A DNA stretch of 45,689 bases, taken from the IMG/VR virus record IMGVR_UViG_3300009095_000002, positions 1-45,689 of that record. One strand, written 5' to 3'. A model generated the notes under the pieces. It was not told where the DNA came from and made no database searches. It saw only the letters and a program-made list of their open reading frames with translations. The DNA is from a virus. Taxonomy: Duplodnaviria; Caudoviricetes. Shown here piece by piece: positions 44,547-45,689 of this stretch (the stretch's first letter is position 1; the number at the start of each line of letters is the position of its first letter). The translations under genes were made by a program, and so were the position numbers.

Positions 44547-45255
44547 TGTCGTCTTGATTACCTGGGGACGCCTTTAATTTTTCGCATAACTGTTGAATAA
44601 GTGCGGATACCTCAACAATGCGCTCTTGGATGGATTTAATTAATTCCTCATCGCGAAAAACTCGGATGATTACTATTTGAAGAGAAGGTTCTTGTACTCT
44701 TGGATCATAACTTACAAAGTCGCACCACTTACGGCCTGTTACCATTAAGTTGCCTTGAACTTGAAAAATATACTTGTCTGGCACTTTATTGCTTAATAAA
44801 GTCTCAACATGATTTGCGGGATTGAATGGACATTTAATTTCAATTATTCCGTCATCACCAACAAGGCCATCTGGAGATCCGCCTGCGTACTCTCCATAAG
44901 GATAAAACCCAACGACACTACCAGGAACAACTGAATATCCTGTTTCCCCTTCATACTTTGCACATGCTTCAGCCTCTCTGTCACTTCCCCACTCCATAGC
45001 CTGAGACGTAACAATGTGGGGGGCGCTTGTTAAAATTTCAGCTACTTTTTCATAAGCATAATTTAAACAGGCAACGCCAAACTTATCATCCTTCCCTCTG
45101 CCATGTTTCATCATGTCGTCGAAACGTGAAGCTGTTAACTTTCCTAATCTTGCAGCATGCCACTCCTGACGGTTCTGTGGCTGGTCGGCAACATCTTCTT
45201 TATACTCGATGTTGTTAACTTCGCTTTCTATTAACTTTAGATAACTATACTCCAT
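44539..45255 (-). CDS. YqaJ / lambda-exonuclease family protein
   Basis: EWHAARLGKLTAS, AMEWG, GSPDG, IEIKCP, QVQG, WCDFVSYDPR. Confidence 0.95.
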   Translation of the reverse strand: MEYSYLKLIESEVNNIEYKEDVADQPQNRQEWHAARLGKLTASRFDDMMKHGRGKDDKFGVACLNYAYEKVAEILTSAPHIVTSQAMEWGSDREAEACAKYEGETGYSVVPGSVVGFYPYGEYAGGSPDGLVGDDGIIEIKCPFNPANHVETLLSNKVPDKYIFQVQGNLMVTGRKWCDFVSYDPRVQEPSLQIVIIRVFRDEELIKSIQERIVEVSALIQQLCEKLKASPGNQDDNV

Positions 45256-45689
45256 AAATATTATAGATTTCGCTTAACTCATCATTATTTAAATCACTTC
45301 CAAAAATTTTACCGATCTGCTTTGCTGCATTTGAAACTGCAAACGACTTAGCAGCCGGAACATTTTTGTGAAGGGCCATCGGATTTAACTTTTCAAAGTC
45401 TAATGCGTGTCGAGCACCTTCTCTTATTACATGTCCATGATTGTCTTTTTTAGTGGCTTGCAATTCTATTGCAACGGCCCCTGTTCCTGCATAAGTTAAC
45501 CATTGGTTTAAAACCGGGTGGAAAACCTTCAAGTGGACTGAGACAACAACACTATTGCCTATAATATGAGGATTGCCGATCATTTCGACTTGGTATGCCC
45601 CAAAATAAGACCGAAGTAAGCTCTCAACTACACGAATAGGGAGATACTTCACCGGCTTTCCTCCGGTCTTGTCATTAACTTTAATCAAA
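45245..45689 (-). CDS. Sak/Rad52-like SSAP, 3' part
   Basis: YLPIRVVESLL...AGTGA...AAKSFAVSNAAKQIGKIFG; beside exonuclease and SSB. Confidence 0.75.
   Translation of the reverse strand, partial: LIKVNDKTGGKPVKYLPIRVVESLLRSYFGAYQVEMIGNPHIIGNSVVVSVHLKVFHPVLNQWLTYAGTGAVAIELQATKKDNHGHVIREGARHALDFEKLNPMALHKNVPAAKSFAVSNAAKQIGKIFGSDLNNDELSEIYNIYGV
45567..45689. repeat. Terminal direct repeat (copy of 1-123)
   Basis: Exact match. Confidence 0.97.

Noticed and set aside
45567-45689. Terminal repeat as a biological DTR
   Set aside because: It falls in the middle of a gene and has a k-mer-like length; more likely an assembly overlap
1-45689. CRISPR array, DGR/retron, stop-codon recoding
   Set aside because: No repeat-spacer array or reverse transcriptase seen; genes are full length in the standard code and use TAG, TGA and TAA as stops

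Overview
The window is a complete, circularly permuted temperate siphovirus-like phage genome of about 45.57 kb; bases 1-123 are repeated exactly at 45567-45689. Bacteroidota-type promoters (TTTG-N19/20-TAnnTTTG), a SprB-like repeat, a PorT-like OMP and an attP matching a tRNA-Gln 3' end point to a Bacteroidota host. Nearly all genes are on the minus strand. In transcription order: cro-like/xis, Sak + YqaJ exonuclease + SSB, DUF4373 initiator + DnaB-like helicase, NinG, a tRNA-like element, a C5 methyltransferase, many small genes, TerS, TerL, TAIL module, a 3-glycosyltransferase + FkbM cassette, HEAD module, an esterase-bearing tail fibre, lysis genes, morons, attP/integrase and cI (+ strand). 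Highlights: (1) a contiguous TerL intein whose HNH homing endonuclease is a separate gene overprinted in the -1 frame, with both frames open; (2) a repeated AGUUGC..GGCA H-type pseudoknot-like RNA motif with compensatory changes in the leaders of late structural genes; (3) a candidate virion glycosylation/methylation cassette between the tail tube and portal; (4) a two-frame EcoHK31I-type methyltransferase. All calls come from reading the sequence; no searches were run.
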